From Octopus sinensis (lineage: Eukaryota): a stretch of DNA of 64,000 nt. Under the pieces are notes generated by a model. It saw only the letters and a program-made list of their open reading frames with translations. It was not told the origin of the DNA and made no database searches. Positions 24,966-38,159 of this stretch are shown here, piece after piece. A program made the position numbers and the translations under genes. The stretch lies in the NCBI RefSeq assembly GCF_006345805.1, contig NC_043011.1, forward strand, positions 35,104,464-35,168,463, read 5' to 3'. Numbering within the stretch: position 1 is the stretch's first letter; each line of letters begins with the position of its first letter.

Positions 24966-25097
24966 TTACATTAAATTCTCTGAAGAGGCCGTGAGACATT
25001 CTTGTTAATGTCTCATTTATACCTGCTTTATATGGCTAATAGGTTAAATGGGACATACCTGTCTTCACGGCCGAAACAGCTGTCAGCTACATTGTAA
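24966..25097 (+). ncRNA. Type I hammerhead ribozyme with canonical core and palindromic helix III
   Basis: CTGAAGA 24980-86, helix II GGCCGTGA/TCACGGCC, GAAA 25073-76, ACAGCTGT palindrome, GUC site after 25084; proximal helix I only 2 bp, plus distal ttaca/tgtaa. Confidence 0.75.
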
Positions 25098-25252
25098 ATG
25101 TATTTTCTATTTCTATTTCTATGTCTTGTTATATTTGTAATATATTATGTATAATATCATTGCTGTTGTGTAATGGTTTAATAAAGTATCGATTGGGTAT
25201 TATCTGATGGTTGATGATTGATTTAGGTATGTTTCTCCATTTTCTCATTTTG

Positions 25253-25284
<32 letters not shown>

Positions 25285-26244
25285 ATATGTGTGTGTGGTG
25301 TGTGTGTGTGTGTGTATGTATCAAATGAAATAAATAAAATGAAAAACACGACACAAAGGATGTCGCGGTACACATGTTTCGAGATTTATAAAACAAACTT
25401 ATTCTTACATCAATGTATAATCGACATAACAGATAGTTTAAGAGCCCTATATATATATATATGACGCTGAGGTCTCTTCCTGGAGACAACGGCCGACCAT
25501 GTGCTCCCATTCCTTTCAGTTACGGAGAGTCGTCGGCGACTAAACCGACTCCCCTCTTGGTTAAGCTTGCTTGAACTTGGAGGAGGGTGTGAGGGCACCC
25601 ATCAGAACTAAAAACAAGATCTGTTCAAACAAGGGTGCTGTCCTTCAAACAGAAGCGCTGTCATTGTCCCTCACCACATCAAACTGAGAGCCCAACGGTG
25701 GATTAAGCGAAGGAAGCTAGATCTCCGAATTCAACGATTGATCCTTGCGAAAGAGGGCAATGCCAGACAGACTGGCTAGAAAGGCGCAACTCTAATAACA
25801 TTGGAGCTAGCGGCATTCCATTGCAACCCATGTTCCGGACCTTGCATATCACTTCAAATAGTGCCGCAGCAGAAGGATTTTGGGTCATCCTAAAGAAATT
25901 CACGCCATTGATTGGTTTCTTTTAGATCCAACTCTCCTCATCTCCCCTCTTTATCTTTTTACAAAATCCCAACGACGATGGTATAAGGATGATGGGAGCA
26001 AGTTTTGGTGAAACTAGAAGCTACTAGTCCGGACCTGCACGTTAGCGGCAGATGCAAGATGGTCGCCTTCCTAGGACCTGGTGACAACCCAGGGATTCGG
26101 TCTTACATCTGCGACTGGGCAGGCCTATTTGGGAACGCTGCTGCTCACTCTGAATGGGGAAGGACTCTATACAAACACACACACACATATGGATAGGTAG
26201 ATAGATAGATAGATAGGTTGGTAGATAGGAAAGAGAGAGAGAAC

Positions 26245-26280
<36 letters not shown>

Positions 26281-27624
26281 ACGAGAGAAATATGGAAATA
26301 AGAAAAATAATAATGCCAAGCACGTCAGCGTCGGATAAGCGACGCCAAATAGGCTGCGCCGAAACGGTTGTGTCGCAGCCTTTTCATGTCCATTAAACCA
26401 CTTCGTATGACATTCAAGTGAACTCTTCCATATCAAAGGAATAACCTTCTCACTGACTTTGCAGCTTGAAGTTGTTTGTCATGTCTCCCTTTTCGGATCA
26501 CCTAGCTCGTAGTCGTGTTTACCTCGAACTTCTTCGGAGAAAACATTGCGGTGGAGTCAGTCGATTTTTAGAACCCATCCCGCCTCGTCTCCACACATGT
26601 TGTGAAAAATCAATCAAAATACTTTGTGATTGATTTTAACACTGAGATCGTTCACGGAGTTTCTACATCTCTCAAAATTTCCATTTCGTTTTTTCACACA
26701 TTAATCTGTGTAGGTTGAACTATATAAAATGTTAGAGAAAGAGACCCAGCTCTTTCTTGCAATAAATACATCTACATAAAATTTTTTTCCTGAACCCTTA
26801 AAATACTACGGTGCGTCTACAATCTACTGGTTTTCTTGCATGGACACCCCTAAAAGTCTTACATGGATACCAGGGAACATATGCCCCCCCCCCATCGGGT
26901 GAGAATCAGTGATTTTAAAAGATAATAGTTAAAAAATAATACAGACGTGTGTATAAGTGTGTATGTGTGTATATAATTACTTTTATGTACGTATATATGT
27001 GTATACACATACACAATATATATATATATACATATATATATATAAATCTAGGACGATAAATTACTCTCAACATCTCAAATATTAGATCTAATACACTATT
27101 TGTCAAATACGTTCTGTTTTTATTGTCCAACTTAGTATTTGCTATTTACATTTTACACACTTGCATAATACATGCGCACATATTTATACATATATATGCA
27201 TACTATATATATATATATAGTATGCATATATATGCACAAACAAGCACAAACACGTACGCATACACATACGAACTGACACACAGAGGCATAAATCACGCGA
27301 ATGTCAGAGATAGCCGTTGATATTATGTATAAAATTGGCAAATATAGATAAAAAGTTCAAAAGTTACCAGACGAATGCGTATTGTACGTTATTAAGAATT
27401 GAAATATATTCTATTGGACCATTACAAGTGAAGAAGAAATGGATACTGTGTTCAAAGCTATGTGTCACAAAATATAATCATATATTTATACACCCATAAC
27501 ATTCATGTATAAAAATATTGTAAACACAATTCAAAGGTCCTAATTACGTGCCTTTTCTACATTTGCTATAGAACGTCTAGGCTTTATTCATACATTATTA
27601 AAATTATTATTATTATTATTATTA

Positions 27625-27695
<71 letters not shown>

Positions 27696-27699
27696 GTTG

Positions 27700-27751
<52 letters not shown>

Positions 27752-27770
27752 TATCATTATTATTATTATT

Positions 27771-28313
27771 GAGTGAGAGAGCAGTGTATGCCATCAAAGT
27801 GACACTGGGGTAAAATATATAAGCCCAATATACCCATCATAACTACCTGTCTGATAAGGGTACACTAGGCACATGCATCACAACCATATGATGATCTCAT
27901 GTCAAGATAAATAGCACATGACCTTGCAGGTGGGGCCCAGTTAGAATTTTCTTCTGGTCGAGTAGCCCATCCCGCTCAAAAGGTCCCTGAATAAGGAGTG
28001 TTTAAGGATGTTGAAAGAAACATCCATGTTTCCAAAGTTGAATTATCCAAACCTCTTAGAATTCATTTCAACACACGGCTATGATGCTCCCCCACTACTT
28101 CTGCTCATGATCAGAGATGCACATATCGTCAGCCACTAAGGGACATGCTCAACTGGTTAAGGTCAAACAACTGACAAGCGAATCTGTGGTATTGAGCAGA
28201 ATATTTGATGTAGCCCATCTTATATACCAAGATAAAACAATGTACATGATAACACTTTCAATCAGTTAAGATCAGAAGCCACGAGAGCCACTGCCTGGTA
28301 CTGCAGCAGGGCA
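27771..28313 (-). mobile_element. ~550-bp non-coding interspersed element embedded in (TAA)n/(GAA)n
   Basis: Near-identical copies at 44997, 45313 and 56491, all abutting TAA-type tracts. Strand assigned by TAA polarity. Confidence 0.8.
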
Positions 28314-28382
28314 ATTCTTCTTCTTCTTCTTCTTCTTCTTCTTCTTCTTCTTCTTCTCTTCTTCTTCTTCTTCTTCTTCTTC

Positions 28383-28422
<40 letters not shown>

Positions 28423-28447
28423 CATTATTATTATTATCATCATTATT

Positions 28448-28662
28448 AAGGCAGCGAGCTGGCAGAATCGTTAGTACACCGGAAGAAATGCTCAGCGGTA
28501 TTTTGTCGGTCTTTACGTTCTGAGTTCAAATTCTGCCGAGGTTGGCTTTACCTTTCATCCTTTCGGGATCGATAAATTAAGGACCAGTGAAACACTGGGT
28601 CGATGTAATCGACTAGTTCCCTTCCCCAAAATTTGGGGCATTGGGCCTATAGTAGAAAGGAT
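28448..28662 (+). mobile_element. SINE family A
   Basis: Full head, body and tail ending tagtagaaaggattattatt. Confidence 0.85.
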
Positions 28663-28681
28663 TATTATTGTTGTTATTTTT

Positions 28682-28761
<80 letters not shown>

Positions 28762-28765
28762 CATT

Positions 28766-28846
<81 letters not shown>

Positions 28847-28964
28847 GTTATAAGCAAATAAAAAGTGCCATTGTTATCAAATGAGCAATATTTCGACATC
28901 TCGTGTGTCTTCCACAGGTTCAAAAATAAACTTGTCAATCGACTTCATGTTGGTAATATTTATA

Positions 28965-29290
28965 GGATTGAGGTTTCTCCTGCAGAAAGTATAGAAGTTA
29001 ATAAAGAAGAGTGCCATTGTTATCAGTTACCATTTCAATTTCCAGCTGGATTTCCGAGGGAAATCAACTGAGACATTGGATATTTTTCAACCATCTCGTT
29101 CTTGATCTTCCTGTAGGTGTCTTGCAGGTTGGCTTGGCTTGAAGAATCTGCAATGCGATCGTTTCCTGCAGTATTCTAATCATATATTCGATTCGTAGTT
29201 CTGGAGTTAGGATACCTGGATGTGGAGAAGTTCTGGTTCGACCTTGAGTGGTGACTCCTTGATTGATCTGCGAGTTACAGACAGTGTCGG
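28965..29290 (-). mobile_element. RTE-clade LINE 3' fragment
   Basis: LQILQAKPTCKTPTGRSRTRWLKNI matches the RTE C-terminal GRPRTRW.D.I motif. Confidence 0.65.
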
Positions 29291-29339
29291 AGGAACTCCG
29301 TTTCGGCCGCTTTTATTCGCACTATCACAACGACAACCG

Positions 29340-29371
29340 ATCCCAAAGCCACCGCCTTCATCACCAGCACC

Positions 29372-29404
<33 letters not shown>

Positions 29405-30062
29405 ACCACCACCACCACCACCACCACCACCACCACCACCACCACCACAACCACCAGAACCATCACGACGACGACGACAACGAGGACCACCACCACTACC
29501 ACCACAATCACCACTACCCCCACCGCCACGAACACCACGAACACCACTAGCATCACCAGCACCACCACCACCACCACCATCGCCGCTGCCGCCGCCTCCT
29601 CCACCACCACCAACAATAAGCACCATCAAAATCCCCAAAGCCACCACCACTACCACCAAAACCACCAGCACCGCTATCACCACTAGCATCACCAGCACCA
29701 CCACCACCACCACCATCGCCGCCGTTGCCGCCGCCACCACCACCACTAACAATAAGCACCATCAAAATCACCAAAACCACCACCACCGCCACCGCCACCA
29801 GTACCACCACCACCACCACCACCACCACCACCACCACCACTAGCAACAACACGTACCACCATCATTATCCACGTCGTCATCGTTGTCATCGTCATGACAG
29901 TGCGAGGCACTGTGAATTTGCTTAAGTCTCTCGTATCATTGCTTGCGCATCGATGGCAATCGATAGTAATGAGTCCAGCAGAATGAGAAGCAGCAGTAGC
30001 AGCAACAGCAGCAGCAGCAGAGGTGGGGGTAGTGGTGGTGGTGGTGGTGGTGGTGGTGGTAG
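29340..30062. repeat. Compound CAC/CAT/CAG/GGT trinucleotide block with internal ~136-bp duplication
   Basis: aacaataagcaccatcaaaatc recurs at ~29612 and ~29748. Confidence 0.85.
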
Positions 30063-30184
30063 TTGTAATGTGTCAAGTCTGTAAAGCCGCAAAGTATGGT
30101 ATGTTACATTGAGTGGAAAGTAAAGGAAATATGTAATGGCTTAGATAAACATCTTGAAGGAGACATAGATATTTATATATGCAT

Positions 30185-30227
<43 letters not shown>

Positions 30228-30771
30228 ACACACATACACACATACATACATACATACATACATACATACATACATACATACATACATACATACATACATA
30301 GGAGCAAGCGTGGGTGTGCAGTAAGAAGCTTGCTTCCATACAGCACGGTTCTGGGTTCAGTCCCACTGCGTGGCACCTTGCGCAAAAGGGGCTTCTGCTA
30401 TAGCTTTGGGCCAGCTAAAGCCTTGTGAGTTGATTTGGTAGACGGAAACTGAAAGAAGTCCGTCGTTTTATATTTTGATTTTCATTGAGCCCATGCGGTA
30501 CCCATTTATCGAGCTTTTCACCTTACCAATATTCTGCAGATTGCGTGAGACCATTGCAATATCGACACCAAGTGCCTGAGACATTTCTCAATTATTTTCG
30601 GAACAACCTAATAAATTACCAGTACGTTTATTGGATTTTACTATCCTTAATGCGGTTTGTAACCTTTATTTGAACTTAATATATATATATATATATATAT
30701 ATTATAATATATGTGTGTGTGGTGTGTGTGTGTGTATGTTGTTTGTGTGTGTGTGTGTGTTTGTGTGGTGT

Positions 30772-31068
30772 GGAGGCGCAATGGCCCGTGGTTAGGGCAG
30801 CGAACTCGCGGTCGTAGGATCGCGGTTTCGATTCCCAGACCGGGCGTTGTGAGTGTTTATTGAGCAAAAACACATAAAAGCTTCACGAGGCTCCGGCAGG
30901 GGGTGGTGATCCCTGCTGTACGCTTTCCCCACTCTTTCTCCCACTCATTCTTCTGTTGGCCTGCTCGCTTAGCCAGCGGGATGGCGTCATTCGAAGGCTA
31001 AGACAATGCGAACGCATTGTGACCAATGATATGTAACAACATCTGATGGTCCTGGTCGGTCACGTGAT

Positions 31069-31076
<8 letters not shown>
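30772..31076 (+). mobile_element. tRNA-head SINE family C, tail ending (cacgtgat)2
   Basis: ggaggcgcaatggccc.gtggttagggcagcg..ggtttcgattccc carries A- and B-box-like motifs. Confidence 0.8.
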
Positions 31077-31113
<37 letters not shown>

Positions 31114-31373
31114 GAGAGAGAGAAAGAGAGATATGTGGAGGTTATGAGAGGTAATGGTGTCACTGAGACCCAAAGGTGTCAGATAATGCTGAATAAGTGC
31201 TAAGATAGACCGCAGTTAAATTCCAGGTTCGGTGATTATGCGAATAAGGGGTTCAACGTTGGTCATATGTCAGCGTGTGTATATTGTGTATATAAATTTT
31301 ATTTCGTAATGAGATAAAAAACACACACACTCACATATATATTTTGTAAAGAACGTAGTAGAGAACAATATAA

Positions 31374-31442
31374 AGCTTGTCCACCTTCAGATTTACCTTG
31401 TGCGACTGGATAACACAGGGTAAATCTGAAGGTCGACGAGCT
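31374..31442. other. 69-nt near-perfect hairpin (pre-miRNA-sized)
   Basis: agcttgtc-c-ACCTTCAGATTTACCTTGTG / CACAGGGTAAATCTGAAGGT-c-gacgagct with an 11-nt loop. Confidence 0.8.
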
Positions 31443-31534
31443 ATATATATATATATATATATACATACACGCACACACACACACATACTCACGCGCACAC
31501 ACACATACACACACACACACACGCAAACACACAC

Positions 31535-31566
<32 letters not shown>

Positions 31567-31669
31567 TCGAATATAAAGATAAAGCAACGAAACTCAAAAG
31601 AACTAAACAGTGAATGTAATTAGGTTGAAGCTTGGTTCGAGAAAAGGAAAGAAAAAAAGAGGAAGTGCG

Positions 31670-31703
31670 TAACGTTTCGGGCCTGGCTCTTCTTCGTCAG
31701 AAA
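31670..31703 (-). ncRNA. Degenerate minimal hammerhead motif
   Basis: CTGACGA-agaa-GAGC-cag-GCCC-GAAA-CGTT; mismatch in helix II, weak helix I. Confidence 0.4.
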
Positions 31704-31985
31704 GATGAGACAGAGGAAAGGTCTGGAGAGAAAGGAAAAAATATAGTCCAAGTAAAGCACGTCTGGTTGTCTTCCACTATAGCCTCTGGTCCACCAAAGC
31801 CTGGTGAGTAGATTTGCTAGACGGAAACTGAAAGAAGCCCATCGTATGTATATGGAATATATATGTATATATCGGTGCTACTTTGGCACGCGATCTACAA
31901 CTTCAAGGCCGATTACTTTAGCTTAGTTTTTAACTTCGTTACCTTGCAGAACTCGCGGTTACCAAACTTGTGTGATCTACACGCT

Positions 31986-32180
31986 TATAACCTCCGCTTT
32001 AGTGAAGGCGGAAGTATTGTTTTCAGTCGTGTTTGTTTGTTTGTTTGTCCGTTGACAAGATATCTCAAAAACTGCTGGATGGATTCGATGAAACTTTCAG
32101 GGACGCTTGGTCTCGTGACTGGCACGAACCGATTAGATTTTGGGATCGATCCGGTACCGGATAAGGATTCTGGATTATTT
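31986..32180 (+). mobile_element. HINE (Helentron-type) 5' part
   Basis: Palindrome ctccgc..gcggaag, (GTTT)n and core shared with 19545-19940. Confidence 0.7.
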
Positions 32181-32198
32181 GTTATATTTACTTTACGT

Positions 32199-32518
32199 TA
32201 GTTAGTTAGTTAGTTAGTTAATTTGGCTCAAAAGCAAATAGCAAGGCCATGTAGGGGGACATGGAGTTAAGTACAGGGTGGTGTTCATGTAAAGAGTTCA
32301 GGCCACTTGAGGTCAAGGGAGGCTTTGAACAAAGCGGTCGTCGGCATCTTCACCATATCGTCTGGCAGCTTGTTCCACGGATCCGCAACCCGGACGGAGA
32401 AAGCTCCTCCCCTTCGATTGAGATGAAATCGTCGCAGGTAGAGCTTTTCGGAATGACCCCGCAGCCGACGCTCTGGAGCAGGAGTGAAGAACAGCTCTTT
32501 CGAGAGGTTACACTTTCC
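32199..32518 (-). mobile_element. CR1-clade LINE 3' end with (TAAC)n tail
   Basis: LRGHSEKLYLRRFHLNRRGGAFSVRVADPWNKLP..FKASLD is the typical CR1 C-terminus. Confidence 0.85.
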
Positions 32519-33172
32519 TCTTATGATTACAATCTCTAATTATCTTTCCTGAAAACACGATCATGGTTTCCACGTAAATTATGGCGGAGTTGCTGTTTCC
32601 AAAGTTTTTATTTTCGTTTCTCTATTATTAAGTTTACTCGCGTCTCTATCTTAGTAGAAACTGGTGGATAATGGACTACAGAAACAAATGGCAGCAAAAC
32701 CGTTCAGAAATTAAATAACACTAGCATATTCAGTAACAATAATAAATTTAATTTGTCTTCGAGAATTTTTAGTTTTACCAATTTTGAATATATCGTTTCT
32801 GTTTAAAACCTTTTACCTACTTGACAATTGCATTCCTAGCTCTGCCTTGAAAGAAGCTCTACTTCTTGGACTCACGTTTTTGTGTGCAACGATGTTGTTA
32901 AACCTCCGTTAACAGCACCGGATACAGGTCGTTTCCGTTTTCTTTCACGCACGGATACATTTTTCACTACAGACTTTAATGGTTGTAAAGACACTATATC
33001 AGCGGATAAACTAAAAAGTCCTTCATAGAGAAAACTGCCTTGTTCCCACTGCAGACGACACACACATAGCATTACAAACACGGTCTGCACGCTCACCATC
33101 ACATTCCATAACTACCATTGGGATCAATCAGGTACCGGACAATGCTACTATTGTTTAGCGCCCATATATATT

Positions 33173-33246
<74 letters not shown>

Positions 33247-33273
33247 TAATAAATCTATATACACATATATATA

Positions 33274-33460
33274 CGGTAATTCTTCGACTACCGCGGGTGT
33301 TACGTTTCCATTCCCAGCCGATAGTGAAAATCCGTGAAGAAAAAGCAGTATTGTACTGTATTTAAAAAAAATTATTTTCATAATTTGTATATATTTATTT
33401 TATCATAAATGCAAAACAACAGCAAAGCAATAATAAATTGCGATAGGTGAACCGCGATAT
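33274..33460. mobile_element. Tigger-like MITE, one TIR
   Basis: TA-cggtaattcttcgactaccgcggg; colinear with the split element at 19416-20435. Confidence 0.7.
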
Positions 33461-34124
33461 ATGCATACAAGACCGGTTCTACCCAGTTTTTGTCTTCCAA
33501 ATTCATTCCCCAGGCATCAGTCGGCACAGGGTCTACAGTAGGAGACACTTTCCCAAAGTGCTGCATAGTGGGACTGAACACGTAACCAAAGGGTCACAAA
33601 GTGAATTTCTGGTCTTTACGACTATGCCAGTGTCTCAGTATGACAAGGTATTTTACTTACTATTTCTGAGAAATTATTGACCACATCGAGACTCTCTCAA
33701 TGTAGTGTGTAGATATCTTGGTTAATTAATTAATCAATTAATCAATTAATTAATTACATATCCATTGAAGCAGCTATTTTGAAAGTAGATTAAAGGCTCA
33801 TTCTCGGAGACCAACCATTGCGGAGATGAGGTGACCATGTCAGAAACACGCAGTCATATGTGTTTATATATATATATATATATTATATATTGTGTGTGTG
33901 TGTAAATATATATATATATAGTATTTATATATCTACATATATATATCTATACATATATCCACATATATACGCATATTTATGTATTAATATATATATATAT
34001 ATTATATATAATGATATATATGGTTGTGCGTGTGTCTTCATATATATGAATCTATATATATATATGCATACATACATATATATACATATACATTATATAT
34101 ATAACACACACATATATATATAAG

Positions 34125-34155
<31 letters not shown>

Positions 34156-34209
34156 ATATACACACACACAAATATATATACAGTTATATATATATATATG
34201 TGTATATAC

Positions 34210-34282
<73 letters not shown>

Positions 34283-34374
34283 GTATAATATATTATTAAT
34301 ATATAATAACATATATATCTATACATATAGATATATATGTGTGTGTATTTATGATATATGTTAACATAAAGTTG

Positions 34375-34626
34375 GCTCTCCGTCGGTTACAACGACGAGT
34401 GTTCCAGTTGATCCGATCAACGGAACAGCCTGGTCGTGAAATTAACGTGCAAGTGGCTGAGCACTCCACAGAGCGGTACCCTTAACGTAGTTCTCGGGGA
34501 AATTGAGCGTGGCACAAGTGTGGCAAGGCTAGCCCTTTGAAATACAGGTACAACGGAAACAGGAAGAAAGAGTGAGAGGAGTACAGCTGCGGTGCAAGAG
34601 TACAGCAGGTTCGCCACCACCTCTGC
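34375..34626 (-). mobile_element. SINE family C 3' part
   Basis: Reverse complement of the tail seen at 59900-60139. Confidence 0.75.
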
Positions 34627-34646
34627 CTGCGGCGCCTTGTGGAGCT

Positions 34647-34746
34647 NNNNNNNNNNNNNNNNNNNNNNNNNNNNNNNNNNNNNNNNNNNNNNNNNNNNNN
34701 NNNNNNNNNNNNNNNNNNNNNNNNNNNNNNNNNNNNNNNNNNNNNN
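34647..34746. other. Assembly gap (100 N)
   Basis: Run of N. Confidence 1.
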
Positions 34747-35974
34747 AAGCGTTGACGGTGATATCGAAGTTTCAACCTGCTCGCCTTCATCGGACTGTGC
34801 TACATTTTGGTTCGTTTTGGCTTTAGATAGTCTCTGTTGAGTTGTTTCTCTTGGGTAGATAGAGCTATATGAAATTATAATTTGGCTTGGTATATGTATG
34901 TCTCGGAAAACAGATGTATAAGGAGAAAGATACAGCGAGGTAGGAGGAAAACATGTTTGTAGGTTACATGTGATAGAAGTTAATGTAGGTTACATGTGAT
35001 AGAAGTTAATGTTAAGGTTACATGTGATAGAAGATTTTGTTTGGTTTGAAGTGGTATTTGAGTTATTGTTTGAAGTGCAGTCATGCGTGGAAATAACTTT
35101 GTACAGGGATGAGCCTAGTTTAGCTGTGGCTATTATAATTTATACATGTTCATTTTTATATAGTAGCTTTCGCTTAAATTACCATGTTTACTAAGGCATC
35201 TACCTTTTGCTTATCCTGCAGTTTCGTCTAACATACTATATACCTTCGCTTGCATATAAGCGAAGTTCCCAATAATTGATCAGAAATCTTCCCTTGAGCA
35301 TAAAGGTAGTCTGGTACCATGCACTAAAAATAGCGCGTACCATAGTTTCGTATATTTTACCATGCACATTTTTCTGCTATATAACATAATACACCTGAAA
35401 CGTACCATATTTTGAGCATACAGTTTCGCATATTTCTCCATATACTATTTATTTTTGCTATGTAGTATCATACACGTAAAATTTACCATAGACTTTGCTG
35501 TACATATACGATTTCGTATAATAATTCAATATTTATGTTCTATCCTCACAAAGGAAAAATGAAAGCTGGGTTGTCTCCTATCGAATTACTTCCATGCAAC
35601 ATCTGTTTATGTAAAGAACCTCATCATATAACTTACCACGCAATTTCTGCTCCAGTATAGAACTGACTAGAGTTGTTTACGACAAAACTTTTATCCCTGC
35701 GCAATAGATTTTGCACACTGATTATTATAGCGCAATCTGTATTGGTGTATTGATCCATAAGCCTTAGTTCATCGTGTGTGGTCATTTTTATTTTTTTGCT
35801 GTGTTAGATTAGTGTCTGTTCTTTGGTTCACTTGCAGTTGCATTCTGGGAAACGGAAGGTTTTGTGATTTACAGTGTTGTCGTCTTATTGGAGAAGAAAT
35901 CAGTGGGGCTGTTGTTGAAACGTAGAGTAGAGCTTATAATGGTGGAATAGATAAGGAAGGCTTGCTAAGGAGAA

Positions 35975-36019
<45 letters not shown>

Positions 36020-36204
36020 GGGAGAGAGAGAGGGAGAGAGAGAGTGCAGAGAGGGAGAAAAAGAGAGAATGAATGAAAGGGTACAGCACACATGCATACA
36101 CACACACACACGCGCACGCACTCACACACACGCATGCACACATACGCACGCACACACACGCACGCGCACATACGCACGCACACACACGCACGCACACACA
36201 CACG

Positions 36205-36231
<27 letters not shown>

Positions 36232-36236
<5 letters not shown>

Positions 36237-36609
36237 TGCATACATACACACGCACGCACGCATGCACACACGGGCGCATACTCACACACCACAGAATAAT
36301 TTACTATTGACAGAATACACTACGAATCGTTTTGTACGATTGTAATGATTGCGTAACTTACAATGTAAGGATGCGAACTGCAACCGGTCTTGACTGAATA
36401 CCACACACACAACCACACACACACACACACCACACACACACACACATGCATACATACACACGCACGCACGCATGCACACACGGGCGCATACTCACACACA
36501 CACAGAATAATTTACTATTGACAGAATACACTACGAATCGTTTTGTACGATTGTAATGATTGCGTAACTTACAATGTAAGGATGCGAACTGCAACCGTCT
36601 TGACTGAAA

Positions 36610-36620
<11 letters not shown>
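36232..36620. repeat. ~210-bp tandem duplication bounded by (CA)n
   Basis: cagaataatttactattgacagaatacactacgaatcg...gactgaa occurs twice. Confidence 0.9.
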
Positions 36621-36680
<60 letters not shown>

Positions 36681-36940
36681 ACACACACAATCTCTCTCTC
36701 TCCCTCTCACTCTCTTTTTCTCTCACACGCACAAACACTCGCACATTTCTGAAGCATTCAGAGAATCTTCTTGTTTGCGTTTTCGTACAAAACGCAGTAT
36801 TATAACCATATTCGCCGATTTCGGATTTGCCGATGGCTATAATTAACTAACGTCAACAAGGAACATTTCGTATGAGTTAATATCAACAGAGAACGATACA
36901 TACATACAAACATGCATACATACATACATACATACATACA

Positions 36941-36972
<32 letters not shown>

Positions 36973-37126
36973 TAAGTATAGGAAAGAATGGAGCTGAACG
37001 AAGATTTAACAAAATTCCTTTATTTTATTTTCGACATATGTGCCCTTTCTGTTGTGATTTTGCTACCCAGGTACGCGTTATCTTTCGAATTATCGTAATA
37101 AGATAATTCATTTGTCGTTATTACAT

Positions 37127-37171
<45 letters not shown>

Positions 37172-37404
37172 TATATATATACGTGTGTGTGTCTGTGTGT
37201 CTGTGTGTGTTTAGTAAAGCTGGTGAAGCTATACATTATCAAAAGTTTCGTGGGCACACAGAGCAAGCCCGACTCATCAGATGTTCTGAGACAAAGTAGA
37301 GAGTTTGAAAGAATTTCAAACTGTCTTCTGTATATTTACGCCAGTATTAGTAAGCTCAGGTTACGTAGCTGTAATGCTATCAAAGCGAGACTTGTTATTT
37401 TATG

Positions 37405-37880
37405 TTTTATTATTTTTTCTCAGGTTCATGTGTTGTAGATAGCATGTCGACAGGATGTGTTCGCCACTTTGACGGCAAGATTCGGTGTGGTCTGTTCATT
37501 GATATATATCTGTTCCTTGGATTGGGTACCGCAGATAAAGGGATAAGCAACATGCTAATCTTAGTCGGTCGATCATCAAACATACATTAGCGATAGTAGT
37601 TATTATGCGGGAGCAATCTTCTTGATCGTGTGAATGCTTGACCAAGAGGAGTAGGCTGTAATCTTACCAGGCAGCTGGGATTTTATGCCCTGCCATTGTG
37701 AGAATATCAAGCTGACCTAGCGTTACACATCCGAGTTATCAGATATCACATGCTTGAAATTCAATAAAAATTGGTGAATCTGGTGCTCACAGTAAGATAG
37801 CTCATTCTTCATATTTGTTGACACCGCAGACTGGTGGAGTATGTGCAGCTTCTCAGAGATGCCGAGGTGGCAACTACTAG
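37405..37880 (-). pseudogene. Probable Gypsy integrase relic
   Basis: Broken frames give LHILHQSA..TNMK, ACDI, SWSSIHT and DR.TK..LIP in integrase order; heavily decayed. Confidence 0.4.
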
Positions 37881-38032
37881 AACCAGGGGAATAAATTGGG
37901 ATGCTGTCAAAGGTATTCGATTTCATGTCGGGAAGTCGTTTTGAGGGTCTTAGAATGGTAGATTAAAGACAAACAGGGAGGTTAAGTTCCCCTTGCCTGA
38001 CATTCGAATATATAGGAAGCATATATATATAT

Positions 38033-38080
<48 letters not shown>

Positions 38081-38159
38081 TATATATATATATATATATA
38101 ATATATATATATATAATATATAATATATACATATATATAACATATACATATATATATCT

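Noticed and set aside
25371-25417. Minus-strand TGATG..TCTCGAAACATG motif in a TA-flanked insert
   Set aside because: Too degenerate to assign helices.
25460-26170. Possible decayed RTE reverse transcriptase (EGFWVILKKF-like)
   Set aside because: Only one short motif; frames do not give a consistent alignment.
30772-30845. tRNA genes at SINE heads (also 698, 19956, 59763)
   Set aside because: A and B boxes are present but no complete cloverleaf, and each continues into a SINE body.
33823-33856. GAGATGA-GG-TGAC/GTCA-GAAAC..GTC hammerhead-like motif
   Set aside because: Core positions 3-4 wrong, helix II base unpaired and no helix I; at best a relic.
37425-37590. Possible + strand exon after ttttttctcag
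   Set aside because: No recognisable protein or donor site; the minus strand fits an integrase relic better.
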